IMG/VR virus record: IMGVR_UViG_3300012933_000262
Span: 1 to 33,026 of that record
Strand: one strand, 5' to 3'
Source of the DNA: a virus
Lineage: Duplodnaviria > Caudoviricetes
Length of the DNA stretch: 33,026 bases
Shown here: in pieces, positions 8,593-17,664 of the stretch
How the letters are laid out: every line of letters begins with the position of its first letter
Position numbering within the stretch: the stretch's first letter is position 1
Notes under the pieces: model-generated
Seen by the model: only the letters and a program-made list of their open reading frames with translations
What the model was told of the DNA's origin: nothing
Database searches by the model: none
Translations under genes and position numbers: made by a program

Positions 8593-10278
8593 TCAAGATT
8601 TTGGTCCCTGAATATGCTCACGGATTGCGTCTTCTTCTTGGGCTGTTAGTAGTTCTGGGTCGTATTCACCAGTTGCAATCTTTTCTACTAAAAACTGTAA
8701 GTATTCTTCATTAGACAAGTATGCTTCTGATGTAGCACGATTTAGTTCAATCCATTGCTTACCGTTAAACTTTAGTACTCTATTTGGGAATGTGTCAATT
8801 TTAACAAACGTATCACCAATGTGAGGAGCTAAAGGAAAGTCTAAACCATGTCCTGTTCTTGGTTCACGAGGATTGTCTACTTCAAGTGCCAACTCTGGGT
8901 GTTGTGCTTTGAATGCAGTCTTGTGCATCTTCTTACCATTGTATTCAATGTAGTCACTGTCACGTGATACTTTGATTTCTGGAATCACAGATTTGAATGC
9001 AGGACCTGTCTGAACCCACTCACCGTTTACTTTCACACCTTCATAACCAGGGCCAGTTTCTTCTGGTGCTACTACATAATCGCCTGGACGCTCAACTTCG
9101 TCAATGCCCAATGTTAGAATTTGAGGTTCTTCTACTGACTTTTCAATTTGCTCAATTTGTTCTTCTGTCAGAGGACCATCATCTTGTTCATATACAGGCT
9201 CTTCAACTTTTGGCTTCTGAACTAATGGGTATGTATTAGTAAAGTGGGTAAAAGGTTCATTCAAGTATGGATGCTTATCTGCAATTGGACCTTCTTCTTC
9301 GACTTTAGCTTCTTCAACGAAAGGTTCTTCAACAACCGCAGCCTCAGCTAACTCATGGTTGATATCAGTGAAGTCTTCTTCTTCTTCAACTTCCTTCCCT
9401 GATGGGTTCATTACAAACCCTCCCCATACTACAGGGGGTTCTTCTTCAAGTTCAGCCATTACCTTTTCATGCTCAACTTGTTCTTTGAGTTCTAGTTCTT
9501 CTTTGATGTTTTCATCCCACTCTTTACTTTGATTGGCAGCAATCACCAACACAAGAGCTAATGGGTCGAACACCGCAACTAGCATGATGATTACCCAACG
9601 GACAGCAGCTTCGAGAGTATTCTGGTCCGGGTTATCCCCGTAGATGAGTGCAGCAATATACTTAATAGGACCAACCTCAGCTTCAATCTTGCGTGTTTCG
9701 GCCGCAAGCGGAGCACGTTGTTCGTTAAGTAATTGGATCTCCTTGTTAGCGTTCTCAATATCTTTTTGTAAGTTCGCACGTTCTTTTGCCTGCTGTTTAC
9801 GAATGGCAACGCTACGCTCAACTGAACGTTCACTGTCACCTTTGCTCATAATATCGTTAACTTGTTGGTCCATCTGAGCCAACATACTCTTGCTAGACTT
9901 TACAATATCTTTCTGAATACTAATCTTTTCATCATACAAGGACACTTTAGCGATTGCATCACCGGACGTAATACCTTGATCCATGTGTGCTTTAGACAAG
10001 AATCCAAAGATACCCATAGACGTTAGTACAGCTAAGAAGAAAACTGCAGGTACTAAGTATGCTTTGAGCATGAAACTAGCACGATGCCAGTACTTACGTA
10101 GCCAAACTGTCGTAACAATCTTGCCCATTTCGAGTGCTGTACCCATGATAATAATGGGAACAACAGCACCTGCGAAGATTGCTGTTAGTCCAATGATTGA
10201 GTACCATGCGGCAATAGTACTCAGTGAAAGTGCTACGAGAAGTGTAGCATTACTGAAAGAGAATATTTTTCGGAACAT
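8593..10278 (-). CDS. Multi-pass membrane protein with coiled coil, acidic linker and small C-terminal domain
   Basis: Three N-terminal hydrophobic segments, heptad-rich region, a further TM (WVIIMLVAVFDPLALVLVIAA), Glu/Pro-rich linker. Confidence 0.75.
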   Translation of the reverse strand: MFRKIFSFSNATLLVALSLSTIAAWYSIIGLTAIFAGAVVPIIIMGTALEMGKIVTTVWLRKYWHRASFMLKAYLVPAVFFLAVLTSMGIFGFLSKAHMDQGITSGDAIAKVSLYDEKISIQKDIVKSSKSMLAQMDQQVNDIMSKGDSERSVERSVAIRKQQAKERANLQKDIENANKEIQLLNEQRAPLAAETRKIEAEVGPIKYIAALIYGDNPDQNTLEAAVRWVIIMLVAVFDPLALVLVIAANQSKEWDENIKEELELKEQVEHEKVMAELEEEPPVVWGGFVMNPSGKEVEEEEDFTDINHELAEAAVVEEPFVEEAKVEEEGPIADKHPYLNEPFTHFTNTYPLVQKPKVEEPVYEQDDGPLTEEQIEQIEKSVEEPQILTLGIDEVERPGDYVVAPEETGPGYEGVKVNGEWVQTGPAFKSVIPEIKVSRDSDYIEYNGKKMHKTAFKAQHPELALEVDNPREPRTGHGLDFPLAPHIGDTFVKIDTFPNRVLKFNGKQWIELNRATSEAYLSNEEYLQFLVEKIATGEYDPELLTAQEEDAIREHIQGPKS

Positions 10279-10281
10279 GCT

Positions 10282-10476
10282 TTATTTAGCTTCAAACAAG
10301 TGACCATATGTATCAACAAATTCAGTGAATGGCATTGTGATTTGTCTAGGGATGCCTGCTCCAATTGCATGTGCAGTGATCCAAGGACCATCATCACGTT
10401 TACGTGTTTGGATAATCTTAATAGATTGCCCGTCTTCAAAGACAAATTCTTTGCCTACTAATTCTTCTGGTGTCAT
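10282..10476 (-). CDS. Hypothetical protein
   Basis: Tightly packed with neighbours (ATGA overlap). Confidence 0.65.
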   Translation of the reverse strand: MTPEELVGKEFVFEDGQSIKIIQTRKRDDGPWITAHAIGAGIPRQITMPFTEFVDTYGHLFEAK

Positions 10477-11204
10477 TCTTCATTTCCTTCGTATTTCTCT
10501 GTATACGCACAACAGTTAGGGCAGATGCCTTCTTTTTCATGGTCTGATTCATTTCCAGTCCACTCACATTCAGTGCAGTGATGGGTATGTGCTGTCAATG
10601 CCTCAAACTCTATCTTCAATTCTTCTAAAGCACGTGCAAGTTCTTCTTCATTGACCGGTTCTTCTTCTGCATCATCGAACATGGCATCAATCTCAGCCAT
10701 GCGCTTTGTTCGTGCTTCGTCTTCTTGCTTACCTGATTCTGTGAGTGAAACATCACTGTCACACATTGGGCATACATCTTTAGTGTCATGCCATTCGTCA
10801 CAGTCATCAGGCAACACATCACCTTCTTCATTTACATAAGCAGTGCGAGTTTCCCAAGACTTGCCTTCCCAACGACACTTGGTACACTTGTGTGTTGCTG
10901 GCGGTTCTTCTGGTTCTGTGTGCCAACTATCTTCGTCACCTAGCTCGTAAGTAACTTCGTAACCACCTTTGCGGTCTGTCCAGCAGTCATCATATTGGAA
11001 GTCCCATTCAATGTCAACATTGTTGTCATAGGCATCGTTAATGATATCTTCAACGTCAACAAGACCTTCTTCAATATTCTTTAGCATGTGACTGATTTCA
11101 CCCGGACCCAAGTCAGGGTAAATCTCTGCTAACAAGTCTTCATCAATCTCAACTGCATACTGTCGGTCATGACTGTGCCACTCATGCTTTACTACTGTAA
11201 CCAT
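10473..11204 (-). CDS. Acidic protein with two zinc-ribbon motifs
   Basis: CTKC...CPMC and CTEC...CPNC. Confidence 0.75.
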   Translation of the reverse strand: MVTVVKHEWHSHDRQYAVEIDEDLLAEIYPDLGPGEISHMLKNIEEGLVDVEDIINDAYDNNVDIEWDFQYDDCWTDRKGGYEVTYELGDEDSWHTEPEEPPATHKCTKCRWEGKSWETRTAYVNEEGDVLPDDCDEWHDTKDVCPMCDSDVSLTESGKQEDEARTKRMAEIDAMFDDAEEEPVNEEELARALEELKIEFEALTAHTHHCTECEWTGNESDHEKEGICPNCCAYTEKYEGNEE

Positions 11205-11205
11205 A

Positions 11206-11379
11206 TTATTCCCCTAGTACGTGTTTTGCGAATTGTTTACGAGTTGTCTCCTCGTCCTTCATACCGCACTCGAAACAAATTTGTTCATCATTAGGGCCGT
11301 ATGGGCGACATTCATCAATCACACCACACATCTCACAACGTTGCATTGGTTCTTCTTGGATAACTCCGGGACCACTCAT
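11206..11379 (-). CDS. Small zinc-finger protein (57 aa, not in ORF track)
   Basis: Hand-translated MSGPGVIQEEPMQRCEMCGVIDECRPYGPNDEQICFECGMKDEETTRKQFAKHVLGE; ATGA overlap with the upstream ORF. Confidence 0.7.
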   Translation of the reverse strand: MSGPGVIQEEPMQRCEMCGVIDECRPYGPNDEQICFECGMKDEETTRKQFAKHVLGE

Positions 11380-11546
11380 AACTTTGCCTTAATCATTCTG
11401 ATAACTTCGTTTGCTTCTTTATAGTTAGACAATTCTAACATAGAGTTCATCTCTCTGTCAATGACTTCCTGTAGTTCTGGGTAATCCTGTGTCCATCGCA
11501 TTATGTACATGAATTCAGGGTCGAATTTGTCTTCATTTGGGTCCAT
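11376..11546 (-). CDS. Hypothetical protein (56 aa, not in ORF track)
   Basis: MDPNEDKFDPEFMYIMRW...KEANEVIRMIKAKL; AAGGA SD. Confidence 0.65.
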   Translation of the reverse strand: MDPNEDKFDPEFMYIMRWTQDYPELQEVIDREMNSMLELSNYKEANEVIRMIKAKL

Positions 11547-11559
11547 GTTAATCCTTATA

Positions 11560-11796
11560 TTATATACCGAAATGTTGTTTTATAGCGTTAATGCCTCGAT
11601 GCAAAATGATGTTATTGAATGGTGCAAGTTGTCTCCAATTGTTCACTTCTAATTCAATAGCCTTTGCGCTTTCATTGATAATCAGTCTAGCAAATTTGTC
11701 TTCGTCAAAATATCCATCAACCCATTTCTTAGATTCAGGATCCCAGTGCTTCTCGGTCCTGCATTGTTTTTTAAGTTCTTTGATTTTCTCGCTCAT
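11560..11796 (-). CDS. Hypothetical phage protein
   Basis: AAGGA SD; MSEKIKELK...EDKFARLIINE...IKQHFGI is a common small phage protein pattern. Confidence 0.75.
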   Translation of the reverse strand: MSEKIKELKKQCRTEKHWDPESKKWVDGYFDEDKFARLIINESAKAIELEVNNWRQLAPFNNIILHRGINAIKQHFGI

Positions 11797-11891
11797 AGTA
11801 AGTTTCCTTTAAAGTATGCCCTAATCAATTAGTAGAGCATTACTTTAGTTACCAGAATTTCTGGATCAGGATCCTATACTATGTGATAGGT

Positions 11892-12200
11892 TCAATCATT
11901 GGCAATCACCTCGCCCATACATAATGCAAAGAAAAAAGCATCTTTCTCGTCATAAAACTGAATGAACGGAGTTTTCCATTTAAATTGGTTTGGGCCCGAC
12001 TCATAGTGTTGATTATAATCAATCAAATTGAATCGCCCGCGTTTAGACGGGTGGTTATACTCAGTGTGTCCCAACTTACGACATATTTCATTAGCGAAGT
12101 TCACCTCTTCTTCCGTCATAAGTCCATGGTCCCATCTTCTCAACCAATCTTGCATTTGGTAATAGAATTTTTTCTCAGTAGTTTTTAACCGGAATTTCAT
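11892..12200 (-). CDS. Hypothetical protein
   Basis: ATGA overlap with the ligase stop. Confidence 0.65.
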   Translation of the reverse strand: MKFRLKTTEKKFYYQMQDWLRRWDHGLMTEEEVNFANEICRKLGHTEYNHPSKRGRFNLIDYNQHYESGPNQFKWKTPFIQFYDEKDAFFFALCMGEVIAND

Positions 12201-13546
12201 TTGTCATCCCTGAAACGAACAAAGCGAGGGAAACGCAAACTGTAAGTACCATCTTGGTTCTGTGTAATCACATCACATAAGATTTCAGCAGTCCGACCAA
12301 TGATGAAATTGCTATCACGCCAATAGTTATCTCGGTCACTGTCACTAAACCCACTACCCACATTGACTGTGATTTCCTTACCATCATCTACTCCATTACA
12401 AACTAATGCACCCAAACGACCTGCGTTACGACCGGTGCCTTCTTCGATGCCGATAACTTCTAAATCTACTGTGATAACTGGCTTCCACTTCATCCAGTCT
12501 GTTGAACGTTTGCAAACGTAAGGAGCATTCATTTCCTTAATCATAATGCCTTCGAAGCCTGCTTTGACGTTATCTTGTGCATAACGCTCAAGTTGGTCTT
12601 TACCTGCGGCTGTGTCTAAGTCAACCATGATGTGAGGCAACAATTCAACGTTAGGCATGTTGTCAACGACAGGACGCATTGCATCAAGTAATGCGATACG
12701 CTTAGATAACTGAGCATTCCAATGACCACGACGGAAGTCTTCAAGTGGAACAATGTCAAAGATATTGAACACCGAATCCTCAGCTTGAACGTCACTCTTG
12801 CGGCGTGCTTGACGCATCAATTCTTGAAACGTATTACCAATCACTTCACCATCAAGTACATAACCGTAGACAAGACTGCGACCCTGGTCGATGCCGTTGC
12901 AAGCACGAATTATTTTCACAAAACTCTTACGCAACTGGTCTTCAATGTGAGTAAAGTTATCAAACTGTTTGCCATTGCGGCTGAAACAGATTGTATTCAC
13001 TTCACCGTCGCCACTTGGAATGAGCATGAACAATGCACGAACACCATCTAACTTAGGCTCAAGTCGTTTAGTACCCTTCATTTCAGGGCGACCTTCACTG
13101 TTAGTTGCTAGTTGGCAACCAAAGATTGGGATTTCGTAGTCTGTCTTTTTACAGATTTTGTTGATAGTTGTACTAGAGATACCTGCCCGCATGTCGCGGC
13201 GTAGTACTGGAGCTAAGAATGTATTCCATTCTTCTGAATCGAATCGTTCCATTAACGATTGAATAGCATCACGGGCGGCGTGACCAGACAACTGGCGCTG
13301 AGATAGTTGAACCATTAGTTCATTGAAATCCTGCCAAGGGTTCTCAGCGCCAGTTATACCAACTGATTCGGGAATCTGTTTGACACCGAATGTAACATAA
13401 GGATTGTAACAGGCTTTCAAAAAGCCCAAGAAGATTTGACTGCTAGTTGAGCCAAGTGTAGCTGCCTCAAGTGCTTGACGAATCACGTCCTCTTTGTGAA
13501 GACGACCATCACTTTCATTCAACTTATTAATCCAACTTGCCGACAT
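12197..13546 (-). CDS. ATP-dependent DNA ligase (T4 gp30-like)
   Basis: Motif I EPKLDGVR, SRNGK, VLDGE, FNIFD, EGIMIK, WMKWK, and an OB domain with VGSGF and SLRFPRF. Confidence 0.97.
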   Translation of the reverse strand: MSASWINKLNESDGRLHKEDVIRQALEAATLGSTSSQIFLGFLKACYNPYVTFGVKQIPESVGITGAENPWQDFNELMVQLSQRQLSGHAARDAIQSLMERFDSEEWNTFLAPVLRRDMRAGISSTTINKICKKTDYEIPIFGCQLATNSEGRPEMKGTKRLEPKLDGVRALFMLIPSGDGEVNTICFSRNGKQFDNFTHIEDQLRKSFVKIIRACNGIDQGRSLVYGYVLDGEVIGNTFQELMRQARRKSDVQAEDSVFNIFDIVPLEDFRRGHWNAQLSKRIALLDAMRPVVDNMPNVELLPHIMVDLDTAAGKDQLERYAQDNVKAGFEGIMIKEMNAPYVCKRSTDWMKWKPVITVDLEVIGIEEGTGRNAGRLGALVCNGVDDGKEITVNVGSGFSDSDRDNYWRDSNFIIGRTAEILCDVITQNQDGTYSLRFPRFVRFRDDK

Positions 13547-13570
13547 ACAATCCTTTCAAAATATACTGAT

Positions 13571-13579
13571 ATTATAGCA
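13571..13579 (-). promoter_or_regulatory. Extended -10 promoter before the ligase gene
   Basis: TG-C-TATAAT, with no consensus -35. Confidence 0.5.
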
Positions 13580-13588
13580 CAGGTTACA

Positions 13589-13816
13589 TTAAACCTTAGC
13601 GAATTCGGGCAATACGTTTTCACGTGCTTCGAGGATGATATCACGCACAGCTTCTCGGTCTACTGAGTCACCTTCAAATTCAACGCCTCGCACTTGGAGA
13701 CGCATTTTGTAGATGCCAGTGGCGATAGCAATTTGTGTCTCGTTGAAATTCAACTGGGGATAGAGTTCACTCTCGGGACCATAGAAATCCATCATGTACT
13801 TCGTGAAACCGTTCAT
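13589..13816 (-). CDS. Hypothetical early protein
   Basis: AAGGAG SD before the ATG at 13816; EFEGDSVDREAVRDI motif. Confidence 0.75.
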   Translation of the reverse strand: MNGFTKYMMDFYGPESELYPQLNFNETQIAIATGIYKMRLQVRGVEFEGDSVDREAVRDIILEARENVLPEFAKV

Positions 13817-13845
13817 GTAAGCTCCTTTAATCAATCAATACATGT

Positions 13846-13874
13846 ATTATACATCCAAAACGAATTAAAGTCAA
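13846..13874 (-). promoter_or_regulatory. Sigma70-type early promoter
   Basis: TTGACT-N17-TATAAT. Confidence 0.8.
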
Positions 13875-13888
13875 GTATTACAAAAGTA

Positions 13889-14242
13889 CTACTTTTTTCT
13901 TAGGTTTAATTCTTCGTCTTTTAATCGTGCGACCATCTGACGATTCAGTTCATCCTGCTCTTTACGTTCTCGCTTGTCACTGTTTGAAACCTTGAGCAAT
14001 AAGTCATACTGCCGTGACCATTCTACGCCACGCATCCATATCTCTAGGCTTTCAAGAGTACCTACAAATATTTCAGCATCACGACTGTAGACTGGTAACT
14101 TGTCATCACGTGGAAACAACGCAATCATGTCACCGTACTCACGACTGTAATGACCGTTCTTGGGATTGCCTAAACGGAAGCCCATTTCGTGTGCTTCCTT
14201 TTCAAGGCGTTTCATTTTTAAAATATCACTGTAGCCGGTCAT
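13889..14242 (-). CDS. Hypothetical protein
   Basis: AAGGAG SD, operon-like packing. Confidence 0.75.
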   Translation of the reverse strand: MTGYSDILKMKRLEKEAHEMGFRLGNPKNGHYSREYGDMIALFPRDDKLPVYSRDAEIFVGTLESLEIWMRGVEWSRQYDLLLKVSNSDKRERKEQDELNRQMVARLKDEELNLRKK

Positions 14243-14466
14243 GATTCAACTCCTTCATAAAAGTCCCAGGGCTCACCGCCCAGCTTCTCCCACATGTCTT
14301 GTTTCTCTTGCGCTTCTCTACAGTGTTTAGACATACCAATTGAACCGACAGTAGCACCACATTCACAACGATGTGAACATCCGCTACCTTCATCAAAGTA
14401 TGCCGTACCACCGCACGGCAACTTGATTGCGTCATAAATTGTTTTGTCTCTAAACTTAACTGTCAT
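14239..14466 (-). CDS. Small Cys-rich (zinc-binding) protein
   Basis: LPCGG...HRCECGATVGSIGMSKHC; likely start MTVKF at 14466. Confidence 0.65.
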   Translation of the reverse strand: MTVKFRDKTIYDAIKLPCGGTAYFDEGSGCSHRCECGATVGSIGMSKHCREAQEKQDMWEKLGGEPWDFYEGVES

Positions 14467-14467
14467 A

Positions 14468-14908
14468 TCACCAGCTTGAATGATATTCAAAGAACCAGCC
14501 ACCCCACTGACCCTCTTTTACGAGTGCTTCTAATGTTGTCTTGGTACTCTCTAGGTCATCAAAGTAGTACTGGTCATAGTCTTGACTACCGAAAAAGAAA
14601 CCTGCTGAGTTTGGCAATAGATTGTGTGCTTGAGTTCTGTCAGCTAGAACTTTGTCAATCAACTCAATCAACTCTTTAAGTTGGTCTCTAGACACCTCGT
14701 AGTTGCCGCAGTCGTCGGTGCCATCTTGCACATTATCAACAAACCACTTGTGAATTTGATTTGACTTGCGCCAATAGGCAGCTTCTACTGTAATTTCTTT
14801 CACACGTTTATCACCGATTTCAGGAAAGCTCTCAGCAATCTTATCGGCGAGTTCAGTTTCACTATGCCACAAAAAACGCTTTGCGTTCAAATACATATCT
14901 AGACCCAT
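14468..14908 (-). CDS. Conserved phage protein (MGLDMYL / YWRKxNQIHxWF family)
   Basis: GGAGG SD before the ATG at 14908; GFFFGS motif; C-terminal YHSSW. Confidence 0.8.
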   Translation of the reverse strand: MGLDMYLNAKRFLWHSETELADKIAESFPEIGDKRVKEITVEAAYWRKSNQIHKWFVDNVQDGTDDCGNYEVSRDQLKELIELIDKVLADRTQAHNLLPNSAGFFFGSQDYDQYYFDDLESTKTTLEALVKEGQWGGWFFEYHSSW

Positions 14909-14937
14909 CTTGTCCTCCAGTTGTTTACGTTTAAATT

Positions 14938-15090
14938 TCACTTACCGCACAGTTTGATAATGTCATCGGCAGGCATGTGTGCTTTGATAGCTTCGATGCG
15001 ACATTCTTTCTTGCCATACTCCATCACAATGACAGGACTGAACATGCCAAACACAACAAAGATTAAACAAATACTCATCCATTTATCCAT
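14938..15090 (-). CDS. Small membrane protein (50 aa, not in ORF track)
   Basis: MDKWMSICLIFVVFGMFSPVIVMEYGKKECRIEAIKAHMPADDIIKLCGK; AAGGAG SD. Confidence 0.65.
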   Translation of the reverse strand: MDKWMSICLIFVVFGMFSPVIVMEYGKKECRIEAIKAHMPADDIIKLCGK

Positions 15091-15093
15091 GAC

Positions 15094-15459
15094 TTACTCC
15101 TTGATACCTAACAACACTTTTTCTTGCACTGACAACTTAGCCAATGCTTTTTCTTTAGCTTCAACCTCAGCTAATTGCATACGCAGGCTTTCGCTTGTCA
15201 TTACTGTAGCAGTGGGCACACTACCCTTGCCCTGTGGTCGCTGGTAAGTAATTGTCTCACTTGCTGCCGGACACTTAGCGATGAAAAAGTTGTGACCACG
15301 AGGGTTATCAATATACTTGACCACACAATCTTCCGCTTTGAGTTCGTAGTCAGCAACTCCCACTGTTCGGTCACGATTTTCATTGCAACCAGTAAGCAAG
15401 GCTGATGTAGCTACCAATGCTAAACAAATTAGCAAGCCTGTTTTATTAAGTGTTCTCAT
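15094..15459 (-). CDS. Lipoprotein
   Basis: Signal peptide with lipobox LTGC. Confidence 0.7.
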   Translation of the reverse strand: MRTLNKTGLLICLALVATSALLTGCNENRDRTVGVADYELKAEDCVVKYIDNPRGHNFFIAKCPAASETITYQRPQGKGSVPTATVMTSESLRMQLAEVEAKEKALAKLSVQEKVLLGIKE

Positions 15460-15584
15460 TTTGCGGATTCGACTGCGATTGTTTTTGTTTTCTCTACGCC
15501 GTTGTCAAGCATACGAGCAATGCCCGAGAAGCCAACAGTAGCGACAACTATGCCGAAGATTGTACCAAGAATAAAATTACGCAT
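15456..15584 (-). CDS. Small membrane protein (42 aa, not in ORF track)
   Basis: MRNFILGTIFGIVVATVGFSGIARMLDNGVEKTKTIAVESAK; overlaps both neighbours. Confidence 0.65.
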   Translation of the reverse strand: MRNFILGTIFGIVVATVGFSGIARMLDNGVEKTKTIAVESAK

Positions 15585-15687
15585 TTTCAATTTCCTTTAC
15601 TGTGAAACCCTGTTCAGCGAGACTGTCTGCCTCGTCTGCATCAAAACAATCAAACAAAAACAAATCGCCATCATAAACTTCAAACAT
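15577..15687 (-). CDS. Small acidic protein (36 aa, not in ORF track)
   Basis: MFEVYDGDLFLFDCFDADEADSLAEQGFTVKEIENA; fills the gap with overlaps at both ends. Confidence 0.55.
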   Translation of the reverse strand: MFEVYDGDLFLFDCFDADEADSLAEQGFTVKEIENA

Positions 15688-16465
15688 TTTCAATTACCTT
15701 TACATGTGAAAGTTGAGTAGAATTGTCACGGTGACTTTTGACCTTCCCCTCTATTGTAACACAGTCACCAATTTTAAATGTGCCTTTGTGATTAAAAAAC
15801 AACACTTGATCCTTGTCGTTGATACCTGTATAGTACCAGGTGTTGTAGTTATTAGACCAAAGAATTTTGATAACTTCAATCTTCTCGGTTACTTTGTCAC
15901 CCTCTTGTCCAATGAAACCACCCTGTGCCCAACGAATGCGACTGTCAACCTCATTACGTTTTGTACTACGGGTGTATGTTGCTGGCAAACTTGCAATAAC
16001 ACTAAAGTCAAAGTTGCTAATGATTGTTTTCTTCTCAGCAATAGCCATAGCATTTTGCTGGAAGTCTGACAATTTAGCACCCTTCAACACCTTGAAGGTC
16101 AGTGTCTGAAAGTGTTGACGCATCTTTTTGCCGAACTCAATATCCTGTTCTTCAACCAAGAGATTGTCCAACAATGCAGTCATCATCTTTTCGCGGTTAG
16201 TGCGGTTAGGCACACCTGGCATCACTGCTTTGATATACTCATTGCCGTTCGTGCGATACGCATACGCACTAGCAGTCCACACATCCTCAGCAAGAAAGTT
16301 GAAAATAGGTTTCACGGTCTTGTTTGATTGCATAGGAGACCATGAACGACCAGTATACTTTTGTGAGGTAGACTGTTTGTAAGTTGGTTCATCATAGTCA
16401 TCAGCGTGACCAAGACGGCGAACTTCTTCGCTAGTCATATCTGATACATCAACGAAACCGGGCAT
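15680..16465 (-). CDS. Hypothetical protein with C-terminal OB-fold-like domain
   Basis: FIGQEGDKV...FKIGDCVTIEGKVKSHRDNSTQLSHVKVI. Confidence 0.7.
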   Translation of the reverse strand: MPGFVDVSDMTSEEVRRLGHADDYDEPTYKQSTSQKYTGRSWSPMQSNKTVKPIFNFLAEDVWTASAYAYRTNGNEYIKAVMPGVPNRTNREKMMTALLDNLLVEEQDIEFGKKMRQHFQTLTFKVLKGAKLSDFQQNAMAIAEKKTIISNFDFSVIASLPATYTRSTKRNEVDSRIRWAQGGFIGQEGDKVTEKIEVIKILWSNNYNTWYYTGINDKDQVLFFNHKGTFKIGDCVTIEGKVKSHRDNSTQLSHVKVIENV

Positions 16466-16764
16466 TACATAATCTCCGCGAGAATACGATTGTAAACGTC
16501 TTTCTTAGCCATGTAGTAATCGTAGTCACGCTCACCTTGGCGAAAGTTATTCCATTGATTTTGACCTGCGTAAGACACAATATCTTGCTTCAATGATTCG
16601 CCAGTGTATGATGCAATGAAACCATACAAGTCATAGTGAGCAATGAAGCCCGAGCATTGGTAGATGAAGTTGTAACCTGTCTTGTTGAGGTTATCAATGT
16701 TCTTTACAGCTTTGACAATGTTAGAAACAATCAGAGCTTTTTGGCGAGTAGTCAATGGAGTCAT
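16465..16764 (-). CDS. Hypothetical early protein
   Basis: Directly behind the repeat promoter; SGFIAHYDLYGF motif. Confidence 0.75.
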   Translation of the reverse strand: MTPLTTRQKALIVSNIVKAVKNIDNLNKTGYNFIYQCSGFIAHYDLYGFIASYTGESLKQDIVSYAGQNQWNNFRQGERDYDYYMAKKDVYNRILAEIM

Positions 16765-16775
16765 TGTGTTCTTTC

Positions 16776-16822
16776 TTACTGTTTAAGATTCTATTATATA
16801 CCCAAAATGATTTATTGTCAAG
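16776..16822 (-). promoter_or_regulatory. Repeated sigma70 early promoter, copy 1
   Basis: CTTGACAATAAATCATTTTGGGTATATAATAG with a 17-nt spacer. Confidence 0.9.
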
Positions 16823-17024
16823 CAATAAAATCGTAAGCAAATTCGTTCTCGGCAACTTTGCTTGGGCTAACTTTGAAATTGTATTCTTTGCAAAGCATAG
16901 AGAAGACACGACGGGCTTCACGCTCGGGGGCAGATACGAAAAGAGTACCGTATTCGAATTTTGCTTGGTTACCAGTACCGAGAACTTTAGCAACTTGAGA
17001 AAGAACAACTTTTTCGAATGACAT
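16818..17024 (-). CDS. Hypothetical early protein
   Basis: AAGGA SD; its stop TGA lies inside the next -35 box. Confidence 0.75.
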   Translation of the reverse strand: MSFEKVVLSQVAKVLGTGNQAKFEYGTLFVSAPEREARRVFSMLCKEYNFKVSPSKVAENEFAYDFIA

Positions 17025-17055
17025 TTTGATTCCTTTTCTTAACTGTCTATGTGTA

Positions 17056-17087
17056 TATTATATACCCAAAATGATTTATTGTCAAGC
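17056..17087 (-). promoter_or_regulatory. Repeated sigma70 early promoter, copy 2
   Basis: GCTTGACAATAAATCATTTTGGGTATATAATA. Confidence 0.9.
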
Positions 17088-17309
17088 CATTTTTTCTACT
17101 TTGAAGCCTTTGAGACTTGCAGGATCAGCGGGAATACTGGTTTGAGTTTCATACTTTCTAGTTACCGTTGCTGGAACTGTAAGATTCAACCAAGCAATAG
17201 ATAACCCGGGTTTAGCAGTGGGACCAATTGTAATACTTTCTACTACTGCATTCAGAGTACCTGCCCCTGAAGTGTAACGAATCTTGTCACCTGCTTTGAT
17301 AGTCAACAT
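17082..17309 (-). CDS. Hypothetical early protein (75 aa)
   Basis: GGAG SD before the ATG at 17309. The longer ORF-track start would run through the promoter. Confidence 0.7.
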   Translation of the reverse strand: MLTIKAGDKIRYTSGAGTLNAVVESITIGPTAKPGLSIAWLNLTVPATVTRKYETQTSIPADPASLKGFKVEKMA

Positions 17310-17325
17310 TCTTTGCTCCGTTTTG

Positions 17326-17373
17326 TTACTGTCTAAGATTCTATTATATGCCCAAAATGATTTATTGTCAAGC
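17326..17373 (-). promoter_or_regulatory. Repeated sigma70 early promoter, copy 3
   Basis: GCTTGACAATAAATCATTTTGGGCATATAATAGAATCTTAGACAGTAAC. Confidence 0.9.
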
Positions 17374-17664
17374 CTTAGAAGTTGTATGACAACCATTTAA
17401 CTTTTCTTAAAATGATAAGTTTGATATGATATCAAAATGATATGCAAATAAGGTCCATCAATGATAGGTATAAGCGAAGAACACGTAAAGAATGTCACAC
17501 TGACGTTCGGCGACATAGACGACAGTACGGGATATATAGACTTTACTGATTCAGCAGACTATAGTACAGGCTATACTATTTTACAGCACAACGAAAAACC
17601 TATCTGGAGTACAATATATACTATAGACGGTAAACCTGTACTAAACGACAGTGTAAGTAAGTAT

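Noticed and set aside
11800-11891. Intergenic stretch with short imperfect inverted repeats as a possible ncRNA
   Set aside because: The stems are short, with no tRNA cloverleaf or recognisable family. Evidence is insufficient.
16721-17021. Alternative ORFs 16721-17008 (-) and 16755-17021 (+)
   Set aside because: They run through the promoter repeat and overlap a better ORF that has an SD.
16776-17373. Three repeats as a CRISPR array
   Set aside because: The spacers are over 200 bp and contain genes, the repeats are consensus sigma70 promoters, and there are no cas genes.
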